DNA from: Tubiluchus corallicola
Lineage: Eukaryota; Animalia; Priapulida
Reading direction: 5' to 3'
NCBI GenBank assembly: GCA_030141605.1
Contig: JAQGDQ010000914.1
Location: forward strand, 16,889-80,888
DNA length: 64,000 bases
Position 1 is the first letter of the stretch; each line of letters begins with the position of its first letter. Both the position numbers and the translations under genes were made by a program. Below the pieces are notes generated by a model. That model made no database searches and had not been told where the DNA came from. It was given only the letters and a program-made list of their open reading frames with translations. Positions 1 to 11,304 of the stretch are shown here, one piece after another.

Positions 1-124
1 CACTAGTGCTACACTAAGCCGTCTTGCTTACAACTGCGTGCTCTAGGTCTACGAAAGGCCCACAAATATTCAACTGAATTCTGTGTTGGTCTATTTGTCT
101 TTAAGACCTACTAAGACGAGCATC

Positions 125-1803
125 ATGGTTTACCGAGAAGTAAAAGCAGTCATCCTCATTTCTTTATTAGCTTCAGTATTATATGGTAAGTAATGGACGA
201 GTAATGGTTATGTTAAGAAGAATGGACGAATGAACGTCAGTTTTAATACAATTCTAGGACACTTAGTACCAGTCATTTGGGCACCAGACAGGTGGGCACC
301 AGATGTCTTGCAATATCTAAATGTACCAACTACAACCACCACAGAATAGCCCATTCAACCAGGTCGATTTATGGCAGATTAATATTTTCTCAAAATTCGG
401 AGTACGTTTTTTTACAAAAAACGGCCATTTTGGCAGTTTTGTATAATATATCTAACGTTAAACAACAATTACTGATAATTATGATGTTGCTTATTATCAA
501 GTACTTATAGTCCTTGATATAGTCCTTATGAAGAAAACTCTAATTAAAATGTTAGTATGTTAAAATAACCTAAAGCATAATGACAAAATAACATCTTTCA
601 TTCTAGCAGAATATTATTTTTGTCATTGGCTAGTTTTTAAAGGTTAAACTTAAAGAATTAATTTTTTGATTATATTTAGACTTACATCTCAGATTTTTCC
701 TTTTCACTTAAATTAAAAAATATCCGGGCACAGGTGATAAAATGGCTGCCTCTATATTTAAAACAGTTAAAAGGTCGTTTTTTGCAAGTTTGTTTAACTG
801 ATCAAACGAAAGCAAAGCTATTTCACCTTAGTAGAATTTCCTTCATTTAAAGCTACTGAACTGATTTATCTGGGGTTTTTTTGCTCTGTACCACATTAAG
901 GTAAATCAAACGCAACTGTCAGCTTGGCTGACAGATCATCTGATTGCAGTGATGTATATTACCTATAATTATTCTGTTATCTTCAACTTAAAACTGTCTT
1001 TCCACTACAAAGTCAAGCTCATCCAAAATGGCCTGTCACTTGCGTCTTCTTCGAGGGCTTTCTTTTAGTTTTTAAGATTCTGCTTTATTTACCTCCGGTT
1101 TTTATGTATTTTTGTTTATCGCACACGTACAGGGCTAGGGTCACGAAATTCACAGGGCACACTCGGGAGGTAGGAGAATTTATGCTTATTCTCTCCGGGT
1201 CAAAAGTCATAGAGTGGAAGGAGCTTTTTTCATTAGGCTGGATCTCCGTCTTACAGATTTTGAGCTAAGGCCGCAATTTTGGGTGTCTAGGTGGCGTTGC
1301 GATCTTGTGTATGGCCGAATACAGGCCATTTGCGTATGGGAAAGTTTATTCTAGGGGAGAAAAACCAAAAGTGGGGACACCAAGGCTCCCAGTGCCAGAT
1401 AAGCGGTTTGTAGTACATCTGGTGAAAAGCCTTGGTGAGGCGATTGGTTGACCCCTGATCCCGCTAGTGGGTAAAAACGAAAATAAAGACAAAAGATTCC
1501 AGTGCCAAGCAAAAAGTAGGTTGTGGTGTATGAAATGAAAGACATCAATGAGACAAACTGAATGGCACTAGCTAAGTCTATGTTGGTTGGCCCCTTACCC
1601 CCAATAGGAGCAAAAACTGAAATTGGAGTCAGGGGTAATTAATTCATGTTTCTCTTAATCCTGATATCATTGTCCACAAACTCTTCCTTTATACTTAAGT
1701 GGAATGATGCAAGCTGAACAATTTAGCTACATCTTGTGTAACATGTAGGATTACACGAGTGATCCACCTTTCTGCATGTGTCACTTGGAAGATTATATGA
1801 TAT

Positions 1804-1853
<50 letters not shown>

Positions 1854-1862
1854 GTGTGTGTG

Positions 1863-1894
<32 letters not shown>

Positions 1895-4800
1895 TGTGTG
1901 TTTATCTCCTGTTTTTGAGGTCCACACGTTGTAAGAAAAACCTCATGTTGACTTCTTCGGGAGAGTCCCTGAAATTCGGTGACAATTAAGAGTTTGAAAG
2001 TTTTATGTTCCTGTTCTCGATAAAGCCTATAGTTACCTACTTGGGATATTACTTAAGCTGGAATTATATCATCCGTAGTGCCAGTTAAGCTAGTAGTGCT
2101 AGCAAAAATACTACTAGCACTAATGCTGTAGCCCTAGTAAAATGAAAACAAGAAGAACGGCCCGTTTAACTCAATTTGCCTAGGATGTAATTTAGGAGCT
2201 GAAAGGAGCTGTAATGTACTGTTTCTTTTGATAAGCATAGAATTATTCAGGAGTTATGACAACAACTTCCGGCTATTGTGACGTTCAGGTGGTAGTCCTA
2301 CCCGACGTTTCTTTGATCTTTGTAATTCCACTACTATGTCACCACTCTCCACGCAAAAAAGCTCCAGAATTTTGTGCCAAACGATGAGGCGGACCTTATC
2401 ATGCTTATCTCGTGCTGAGGACAGACTCACTAGTTTGCTTCATATACTGTCACGTCTGGAGCATCAGGATTAGCTTGTTATACTGGAGGAAGGTCAGCGT
2501 GCTTCTGAGACGACTGCAGAAGAAATAAAGCTATTAAGAAGTGGCCAAATTTCAATAGATTTGAGAATGTCTTTACGGATTTCATTTCATTAACTCTGCC
2601 AACAAGAATACTCTAAGTACACCAGTTGTAAAGGAAAAGTTTGTAGAAATACGTTACTTACTTTATGACGGCAATACGATGTAAACGTATCACTCCGCTT
2701 TCCTCTGGACTACACCAGCGAGGAAGAGAGGGGTTCCTGTTGTCTGGGAAACTCAGGATCTCCATACACCTTGCCCAGGCGTGCACCCTGGAGACGTTCA
2801 AGAATCGCACTACTCATCCACAGTCGACGCTGCAGCTCCATCAATGCGATCAATCACTGACTCTCTTGGCGGACACTCCATTGTCTTCCGAGCCAGAAGG
2901 AAGCCAACCAAACTAACGATATTTTGTACTTTGATTCTGACTCGGATTCATTTTTATTTTTTCAGCACAGTAATTCTTAATTATAATAAAGAATCTACAT
3001 GATTTTCTGCCAAACTCATTAAATGTCAAACTTAATACAGAGAAGTTACTACACTACACAGGCTACGAAGACTGCTCTTTATCAATTCACATTCTGCTCA
3101 TTGATACTGCTCAACTGTAACAGAATTTCGTGGATGTCATTTTTCAAAAGGTGCATCCTTCAAATTTTGCCATTTTTTAAAATTATAATTACTTTATAAA
3201 GTTTACACATAACCTTTACATTCTGTCAGTAGATGGCACCACTGCATGCTTCTACATGTTTCTAGCACCACAACACAGCGACTCTTCTAACCTCCAATCT
3301 ACATAATTTAAATTAGCTAAGTTAAAAAAACAAGCTAAAAACATAAAATTGAATACAATTAAGAAACTACCTTACAAGTGCTGTTACATTTGCAAGGTAG
3401 AAAACCGAAGGCTTTAACTTGACTGTTGTGGAGATCGCTGGCATCTATGAGAATTAAATAGAATATTTATGAATGTTCCGTTAGAATAATCGTCTTACCT
3501 TGTAGAATGTTCTGGAAGAAAACGTCTAGAATGTTCCCTGGCACCCTATATAACGTGAAGCAGGCCGCTGAGAGAGAGACACGGACGCCACTTACACATT
3601 CTCTTGTATACTTACATTTTCAGATACACTCAAACATTTTCCAGATTTTCACGTTTAGTGTAATCATTTCGTTCGCGTTCCTTCATACTTTTGTGTTGTA
3701 GAATTCTCGCTTAATAAACTAGTTTAGTTTGACGAAGTGTTTTCTGCTTTTCTCTACGAGCCTTCCGAGAGAAACAAAACACAACATTAACACAGCCTCG
3801 TTTTATTGCAGGTTACCTATCACTACTATCATCGTCATCATCATCGTTCTTGTTATCCTCGCCGTTGCCGTCATTGTCACCATCTTCCAGATGTCCTGCT
3901 GGGTTTTTCCGCTTGAAAGGGATGCGAAACTGTTCAAAATGGCTGAACTGTGAGGACTTAAAGAAAGTCGAAATGAAGGAGAAACATTTTGTCAACGGAG
4001 GCTCTAAAATGGTATTTGTTAATTAACAACTTTTTACAAAACAAAAGGAGGTCTTGTTCTTTTCAACATCACTAGTGTCATCTTGCTCAATAGTTAACAG
4101 CTAATTACGTGGAATTCAAAGCAGACTGTGAAAGTTTTCTTAAACAGGTCTGACACTTAATTGTGAATTAGAAGAATCGAGCAACTTCTTGAAATGACTT
4201 AGGAGACATAATTAATAACGTATTCTGATGTTTCTGAACCATGCTTCTATACTTCCCGTTAAACTTCTAGACTTTTTACAAAAACATGTCGTGAAAAGCA
4301 GGAACAGCAGCAACAACAACAGCAGTAGTAGCAACAGCAGCAGTAGCAGCAGTAGCAACAACAAAAACAACAGTAGCAGCAGCAGCAGTAGCAGCAGCAG
4401 CAGTAGCAGCGACAGCAACAGCAGCAGCAACATCAGTAGCAGCAACAGCAGCAGCAGCAGCGGAAATAGCAGCAACAACAACAGCAGTGGCAACAGAGCG
4501 GCATCAGTAGCAGCAACAGCAGCAGTAGCAGCAGCAGCAGTAGTAGTAGCAGCAGCAGCAACAACAACAAAAACAGCAGTAGCAGCAGCAGCAGCAGCAA
4601 CATCAGTAGCAGCAGCAACAACAACAGCAGTAGCAACAGAGCAGCATCAGTAGCAGCAACAGCAGCAGTAGCAGCAGCAGCAGTAGTAGTAGTAGTAGCA
4701 GCAGCAGCAGTAGCAGCGACAGCAACAGCAACAGCAGCAGCATCATCAGTAGCAGCAGCAGCAGCGGAAGTAGCAGCAGCAACAACAACAGCAGTAGCAG

Positions 4801-5657
4801 CAACAGCAGCAGCAACAATAACAACAGCAGCAGCAGCGCTTATGATGATCACGTTCGCGTTTCTCTCTCATATGTAAGTTTTCTTTTTGCAGCTTGACCT
4901 TGTAACGTGGAACAACCGGACAATCGTCATGGCCAAAATGAAAAGGAAACGCAAAGTGGACGGTAACTTGGCGGGAATGTTAGAAAACTACATCAAATTC
5001 CAAACCAAAACCAACGTTGTTCAACTCATTGGTTACTGCAACAAAACTTTAACAATTTGCACGGAATACCATAAACTAGGCAACGCAAAGACCGTTCATC
5101 AAGTTCTAGAACAATCGTCAGTTCATGATACAGCGAGACGTCGTCTAAAGTTGTGTATAGACTATGCAAGAGTCGCTGATTTCTTAGACAAACAAAACCT
5201 TTATCAGTGCGACGCACACAGATTGAAGAAACTGTTGTCACAGTACCTCCTCACGGATGACCACCAGCTAGTTCTCAATGACCTTGAAGATATTAAACCT
5301 CGGGAAGCCAGCTGCACGTATATGAATCTTACCCTACGTTCAGATCTGAACTTCGAAGCACCAGAATCGAGATTGTGGAACGACACTGAATGCACCACAG
5401 TTACATGTGCCAAGAAGCAGCGAGCCATCAAACACGCAAATGAAGTGTTTAGAATACCGGATGTTTGCTTGTCATTCTTCTTCGGGATTAAGGATAATTG
5501 GGACCAGAATAAAAGGGAAAGATTTGCTTTTGCTGTTGATACCCTAGCGCCCGTGCATCAGGCTTGTAAAGATGCGGATCCAAATAAGAGACCGTCAATA
5601 AACTCTGTTGTGAAATTTTATCGAAACGTTCTGGCAAAAAATTCGAAATTTAAATAG
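125..5657 (+). CDS. POMK: Protein O-mannose kinase (POMK/SGK196)-like type II membrane kinase; exons 125-185, 3812-4011, 4893-5657; 341 aa
   Basis: Exon 1 MVYREVKAVILISLLASVLYG|gtaagt is a signal anchor. Exon 2 (ttgcag|) gives CPAGFFRLKGMRNCSKWLNCEDL...GGSKM, matching the POMK stem CPxGxFRxxxMxNCSxWLxCE. Exon 3 has TEYH, CD, SQYLLT, NDLE, APE and IPD motifs. GT-AG introns have compatible phases (1, 0). AATAAA at about 5741. Confidence 0.85.
1801..1900. repeat. (TA)n/(TG)n/(TGCG)n compound microsatellite
   Basis: Directly visible simple repeats in intron 1 of the POMK-like gene. Confidence 0.95.
3424..3786 (+). mobile_element. Solo LTR of an LTR retrotransposon (363 bp)
   Basis: Termini TGTTGTG...CACAACA (7-bp inverted repeat, TG..CA). 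Flanks TTGAC/TTAAC form a 5-bp TSD with 1 mismatch. Internal TATA (ccctatataa, about 3545) and AATAAA (about 3713). Confidence 0.75.
3470..3555 (+). promoter_or_regulatory. Heat-shock-element cluster and TATA box inside the solo LTR
   Basis: AGAAT-GTTCT-GGAAG at 3504-3518 is a perfect nGAAn-nTTCn-nGAAn HSE. Extra GAAnnTTC units at about 3471 and 3529. TATATAA follows directly. Confidence 0.6.
4278..4838. repeat. Imperfect (CAG/CAA/TAG)n trinucleotide array in intron 2 of the POMK-like gene
   Basis: Visible repeat; it accounts for the poly-S/A/L ORFs in the track. Confidence 0.95.
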
Positions 5658-6403
5658 TTTTTTAGGTTAGGTTTTGATCGTTTTGTACCAAACTTACTTG
5701 TACCAAACTTTCCTACATTCCCCACTGGGCTCGATCCGAAAAATAAACCATCAATTAACCATCATTAGACGAATTTAGTTCGAGACCTTTCGTTTGCTAC
5801 ACACACACACACACATATATATATATATGTATATATATGTTATATGTATTATATATATATATATATATTATAATATATATAATATAATAAGCCCATACCA
5901 CCGAATAGTATCATACAACATGTAATAATCTTGAATATCGCGCAGCAGTTTCAAAATTATCAGACAATGATTTCAAACATTCATATATTCGTTGTATTAT
6001 TAATTTTATATTGTATTTAATATTATACATATATGTGTGCGTACTTGTGGGTTTATATAATATATAGTGAGTTTTATTATTTAACGTACCTTTGGTATAT
6101 TGGTGAACTCTTGCTCTGCAAATGAAGAGTTCTGTTTTATTTTGAAAATAAACGAAATTTCATAAATGAATTCCACAACTGTGCAAAGTACTGATGACAG
6201 TCATGAGGGCAGAAGAACCCGCTATCACAAACAGAATTATATAGTACATACTTGATATTCGGATCACATTCCTTATTAGGTTGTTTCGTTTTGATCAGTT
6301 TTTCTAATCCTTATCACTTTTTGTCCCAAGAAATCAAAGCTAAAGAAAGTTTTTAAACGATAGTCATGACACAAGTTTTTTGTAAGCTGCTGTGATAGTA
6401 GGC

Positions 6404-6842
6404 AGGGGCGGATACAGGTTTCAGAACAACGGTGGGCCCAACAGAAAAGCAGTTAGGGGGTCTGGGGAAACAACGTAAGCTCCCCAGCGAGGTCCATCCG
6501 GACAACAATACATTTTGCTGCATTTCAGACCATTTTCTGCCTTCCAGAAGCCATTTCCTCAAGGAAGCTCACTTGTTTGTAGCATGTGTCACCTCACTTT
6601 TGACTCAAAAATCAAAAATGCATACACCAATATTTTGATATACACTATACAGCATACATGACGTACGTTACTTTCATCTGTTTTCTTGTGATACATGTTT
6701 TTTACAGATATAAGGCACCTTTAGGATCTAGCAAATTGTTCTAATGCTTATAACCCAGAAAAAATATTAATTTGGTGTTTTGTAACAGTTACTGTGAAAG
6801 GGAGGGCCCAGGCGCCTTGGGCTCACCCCTAAATCCGCCACT
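6404..6842. mobile_element. MITE-like element, possibly PIF/Harbinger-type
   Basis: Ends AGGGGCGGAT...ATCCGCCACT are imperfect inverted repeats around non-coding sequence. Confidence 0.45.
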
Positions 6843-7099
6843 TGGTACTTGCAGTAGGTACTTGTCTAAATGACACTCAGAAATACGAATGGCGATAATA
6901 CGAGTTATTAAAATAAGTGAATTCTATTCAAAATTAAAACGATTCTATGCTATTTCTCTTGGTTTTATCAGTTTTTTACATTTTTCGGTTTGTTTCCTAC
7001 AGGGGAAGAGTCTTTCCTTGATGCCCTATATCATTTAATAAATAACTCACCATGTTACTAATAGTTAAAACGCAATTTTAAAGTTTGTCCCAAAAAACT

Positions 7100-7556
7100 T
7101 TCATACAAAAGTTATAACATTACGCTTACCTGCTTGAAAGACTTATGTACTAGAAAACAATTTGTTTATTAATTTAAAATGTTCTCGCCAACTGCGAAAA
7201 CGTCACTGACTCACCTTTCCAGTGTGCCCTAAAAACGTCACTGGCTCATCAGAAAAACGTATTGTTACTGTTACTGACGATATATAAAGTAATTTATAGT
7301 TTTGGTTATTTAGTGAAGAGTGCACCAGGAATGCTCTGATTATTTTCTCAAAGTTTATGGCAAATTTGTTTCAAATGTTATTTCTACCAGACACCGTTAA
7401 AATGGCTGCACCTAACGGACATCATAGGAGTTTACGTTTGCCAGCTTTATACAGCGTTATTGCTAGTACAAATTCTCTGCGCAAGATGGCAGCATGTAGG
7501 TGACACAAAATTTCAGCTTTTTAGCTTTAGGTAACTAAAGGGTTTTCTTGTGTTTT
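7100..7556 (+). mobile_element. Truncated, diverged copy of the Kolobok-like MITE at 17910-18578
   Basis: Shares AAAATGGCTGCxCCTAACGG, AATGCTCxGATTATTTT and the right end AAGGGTTTTCTTGTG with that copy. Confidence 0.6.
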
Positions 7557-8252
7557 AAATTTCAAATTGCTTCCGTGAGGAAAGCATAACTAAGAACTGT
7601 ACACTAGATTCAATTAATGTTGTCGTGTATGTGCATGTATGTATAGTGTAACCCCTTTGCACTGTGCGTGTTATTATTAAAACATTACAACATCTTTAGT
7701 AACCACATTGATTCATTTAGGCCTATTTCTAGTTTACAAGTTTACAATTTCAGTACACAAAGAAGTGAAAATCGATTATATACTCTATAACAGCAGAAGT
7801 GCTAAATTGATACGATACTAAAATATAGTCAAAAATGTCGTTTACATCATTACATTACAAGCTCACAATTCTGTATAATTATTACAAAAAAAACGTATGG
7901 TTTTAGGGGAAATTCAGAGTGGAATGTTCTTAATATATATGTACGTATTTACGATATTCACAATGTAAAAAAATACAATAATCATAGCAGCAAATAAATA
8001 GTTATGAGATCAAATACTTACAACACTGCATACTTCCAAATTGACTTAATGAATTTTATAATAAGCAGTTCAGAAAAGAAAAATCTGTGGACGAAGTTCC
8101 AGATTGCCAGTAGAGAGGCAGCTACATACACACTTTGCTATAACTACTGCAGAAACGATTAAACAAGTCACTTGACCGCCTCCGCCCTCTAGCTCTGGCT
8201 GCTTGTGCAGGTCCTCTGCCTAGTGTCAAGATACAGTGTGGGCACATCCCGC

Positions 8253-8368
8253 AAGCCTACAGCACCTGGTATTCCTAGGCGGTCACCAATCCAAGTACTA
8301 ACCACTTCAGTGCTTAACTTCGGTGATCAGACGAAAACTGATGTTTTCAACGTGATATGGCCGTAGTC
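8253..8368 (-). pseudogene. 5S rRNA-derived sequence (5S pseudogene or SINE3 head)
   Basis: Minus strand reads GACTACGGCCATATCACGTTGAAAAC...GATCACCGAAGTTAAGCA...GGTTAGTACTTGGATTGGTGACCGCCTAGGAATACCAGGTGCTGTAGGCTT. This is near full-length metazoan 5S with a small internal deletion and no oligo-T terminator. Confidence 0.9.
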
Positions 8369-11206
8369 ATTGTCCAATACTGTCGGCCATTTTACTCATG
8401 TCTTTCACAATTCGTATGCAATATTGTCCCTTGCAGTCGTCGTTATTTTCCAATAAACATCTCAACGTCTTGACGAACTCCTCAACTTCTCTCCTGAGGT
8501 CACCGCTATCCACGTTCAAGTTATGATGATGGACCATTGCGTACATGGTTAGAAGGACTGCCGGACAATCGGCAACGAAATAAATATCCTAAAACAAAAT
8601 GAAAAACGTTTTATAAATCAGTTTGCAATTTAATTCCATTTTTGTAAATTTACAATTATTACAATCGTGTTATCATAACCTCTTAGGGAATACTAGACTG
8701 TCCAGACTTTGGTACGTGTTAGACAAACTACTGTAGAAGCTATTTTAACTTTATATTGTAATTCATGTATGATCTAGCAGAATCAATTTTCAAAAACAAC
8801 TGTAAGCCTTCTTTTGTATTCACTGTTAAAACAGTAAAAATAATCTGATCCCATTTAACCTAAGTATAGCTGCTACTTAGAGCACTGGTTGGCTTGAATG
8901 AGTCAAAAAAATGTTGAAAATAAAAGTATTCACGTCATATTTTTGCCATTGCACTTTTAAAGCTTGTACAAATGGAACCGTATCTGAAAACGTTACTCAC
9001 TTTATTATTAGTTCTGCATTTGTACACTGTGTTGCGACCGTAGTTTCGACCAACATTTCCAGCTCGGTCAATTTTTCTGTCTCCAAGGTGACCAGCTTTC
9101 TGAACACGTCCATCAGCTTCACTAAAACTTCCCGGACAATTGCAGTCTTCTGGAACTATTATCAGAAGAAATCCCTGTTGAATTTTTGTCCCAAATTCCG
9201 GCGAGGATGCCACAAACTTGTTAAATTCTGTAAATATTGTGAATTAAAATAATAATTGAGTCAATCTTTGTACGTAACGTAACTATCTTAATTTCAAGAT
9301 GATTTTAGTAGATTTATACACTAAGGTTATTAAATTTTTGGAATCATGGTTAATCATTAAAAATTTAAAAAAACTCAAAATTGGAACTAATCTAGGAACT
9401 AGAATCAGTATTTTTGCGACGAGTCCAAATAATAATGTTAAAACTGATAATTTTCCATAATTACAGACAACTCCTGCTCAAACTCTTTGCACGTTTTTTA
9501 TTCCAGAGCTTAGAAAATAAAAAAATCAAATCGCTATTTTTGGCAAAAGAAAATAACAAAGCCAAATAACTTTTGGCACTTCATATTCCTGATAACTGAT
9601 ATTTACATTTTGATATCATCATGCAGCTATTTCTACTTCTGACACAGAGCTACATTATAAGACATCACTGTTTCTGAGATGCTTACCAGGCAAAATGATC
9701 CTCAAATACCCCAAGTAGTACGACCATGCCAAACCTGCACCTACATGGGTTGGGATAGACTGTAGTGAGGAAACAGTTTCCTCAAATTGCTCTTCGTCAC
9801 TTTGTGAAATTCGTAGCGCTATCAAATCAGAAATGGTGGTCAGATCTTTGACTACAACGATGTCATACTGCCCTCTGAATGCTGGATTTGAAAAGAGGAG
9901 AAATTTAACAGTTCTGAGAAACTCTTGCATTTGCAACTGCAGCTCCTCTGGCAACATGTTAACGTCTCCACATTGTGACATCTCATAGAGATTCAGCAAC
10001 GGTGTTGCAAATTCACCAACAAAATAAGTCTCAACCTATAATGAACACCAGTAATTAAAAGATACATCCGACCAAAGAACAAATGAACGAATCAACAAAT
10101 CAATTAATCTACTATAACCATCCAGCCAGTCGGTAGTCGTGCCTTTACAGTATTTGCCTTTAGCAGTGTAAGTGTTTAGTAACTAATCATCTCTGTAAAC
10201 TCTTATTTCAGTGATTATCAATGTTTTTAATGGCAAATAAAGATTATTAAACATATATTATGCGCATAGTTAGCATTTAGTTAGAAGGACAATGGTCAGT
10301 AAAACAGTCAGTGAATTGGTTGGTCACGTCAGTGAATTGAGACGGCCAGCCACTCAGCAAATCAGACAACATTCAGTTTGGAAAGTTAGTCCGCAATACT
10401 ATGTTCGACTATGATAAGTGTTTTAGTTTGTAAAAAAGTTATCTTTTAAGTCTTGTAATAGCCTGATTCTTTATGAATTTAGCAATTACAGAAGAATGCT
10501 TCGCCCCTGACGAAAAAATTGCAAAAAATATACGTGTAACAGATAAATTTCTCAATAAAAATATAAAATCATAAAATGATAAAGAAGTAAATAAAATACA
10601 TTAGATATAGGCCTCTACTAGACAATGATATAATGACTCAATCAGCACTTACGTCATTTTGGGTGAATTTATATACGGAGTTTCGTCCATAATTACGTCG
10701 TACACTGCCTGCCCTATTGATAAACCGGTCCCCTAAATGGCCAGCGTGTTGAATTCGGCTGTCTGCCAAACCGAGGCTCTTGGGACAAAAGCAGTCTTCT
10801 GGCATTATGATAAAGAATTTTTTTGCTGATATTTTCTCTCCAAACTCTTCGGAGGATGCAACAAAAGTGCCAAAATCTGTAAATTCAAACCGTTTAATCA
10901 ATGAAATAAATTAACGCCGGTTAATTGGCTAATGATTTTGTTGCAGAATAAACCCTAAAATGAATTGGACAAACCAGAAAATTAAAACAGAGATTACACT
11001 GTAAAGGTAGACTGTATAATGCAAATAAAATTTAATATTGAAAAAGAGTTTTAGCTAAAGATATTTCATAGGCCTATAATAGTCTACTTCGATCACTTAC
11101 CTTTTAATATAATGTTTAGAAATCCATCGAAATACCCAAAAGCAAAGCCTTGCGCAGCATCTTTACTCACTTCACCAACGTTTAACGAACCACGTACATC
11201 AGACAT
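8367..11206 (-). CDS. STING: Tandem double STING (TMEM173-type) cyclic-dinucleotide-binding-domain protein, no TM/TIR/CTT; exons 11206-11101, 10876-10653, 10035-9687, 9227-9001, 8588-8367; 375 aa
   Basis: Five GT-AG exons join into an open 1128-nt frame (phases 1,0,1,0). Domain 1: AAQGFAFGYFDGFLNIIL, PEDC, NRAGSVRRNY, EFATPLLNLYEMS. Domain 2: VGAGLAWSYYLGYLRIILP, PEDC, DRAGNVGRNY, DCPAVLLTMYAM. These match STING GLAWSYYxGYLxLILP, PxDC, RAGxxxRxY and EYATPLxTLFAMS. Confidence 0.9.
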
Positions 11207-11304
11207 TTTAGTAGAACTTATATATTAGAAGATCGTTTCTGATATTATTCTGTCACAGTCGTAAGTTGACTTTAATTTGATCTCTACTGCGTTGCAGTCC
11301 CTAC

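Noticed and set aside
3729-3953. 74-aa ORF with an apparent TM helix as the POMK signal anchor
   Set aside because: It starts at TTG inside the LTR and is out of frame with the POMK cysteine motifs; the anchor is better explained by exon 125-185.
4212-4852. Poly-Leu/Ser/Ala ORFs
   Set aside because: Translations of a CAG-type microsatellite inside the POMK-like intron.
8253-8368. Functional 5S rRNA gene
   Set aside because: Internal deletion, substitutions, no oligo-T terminator and no tandem array.
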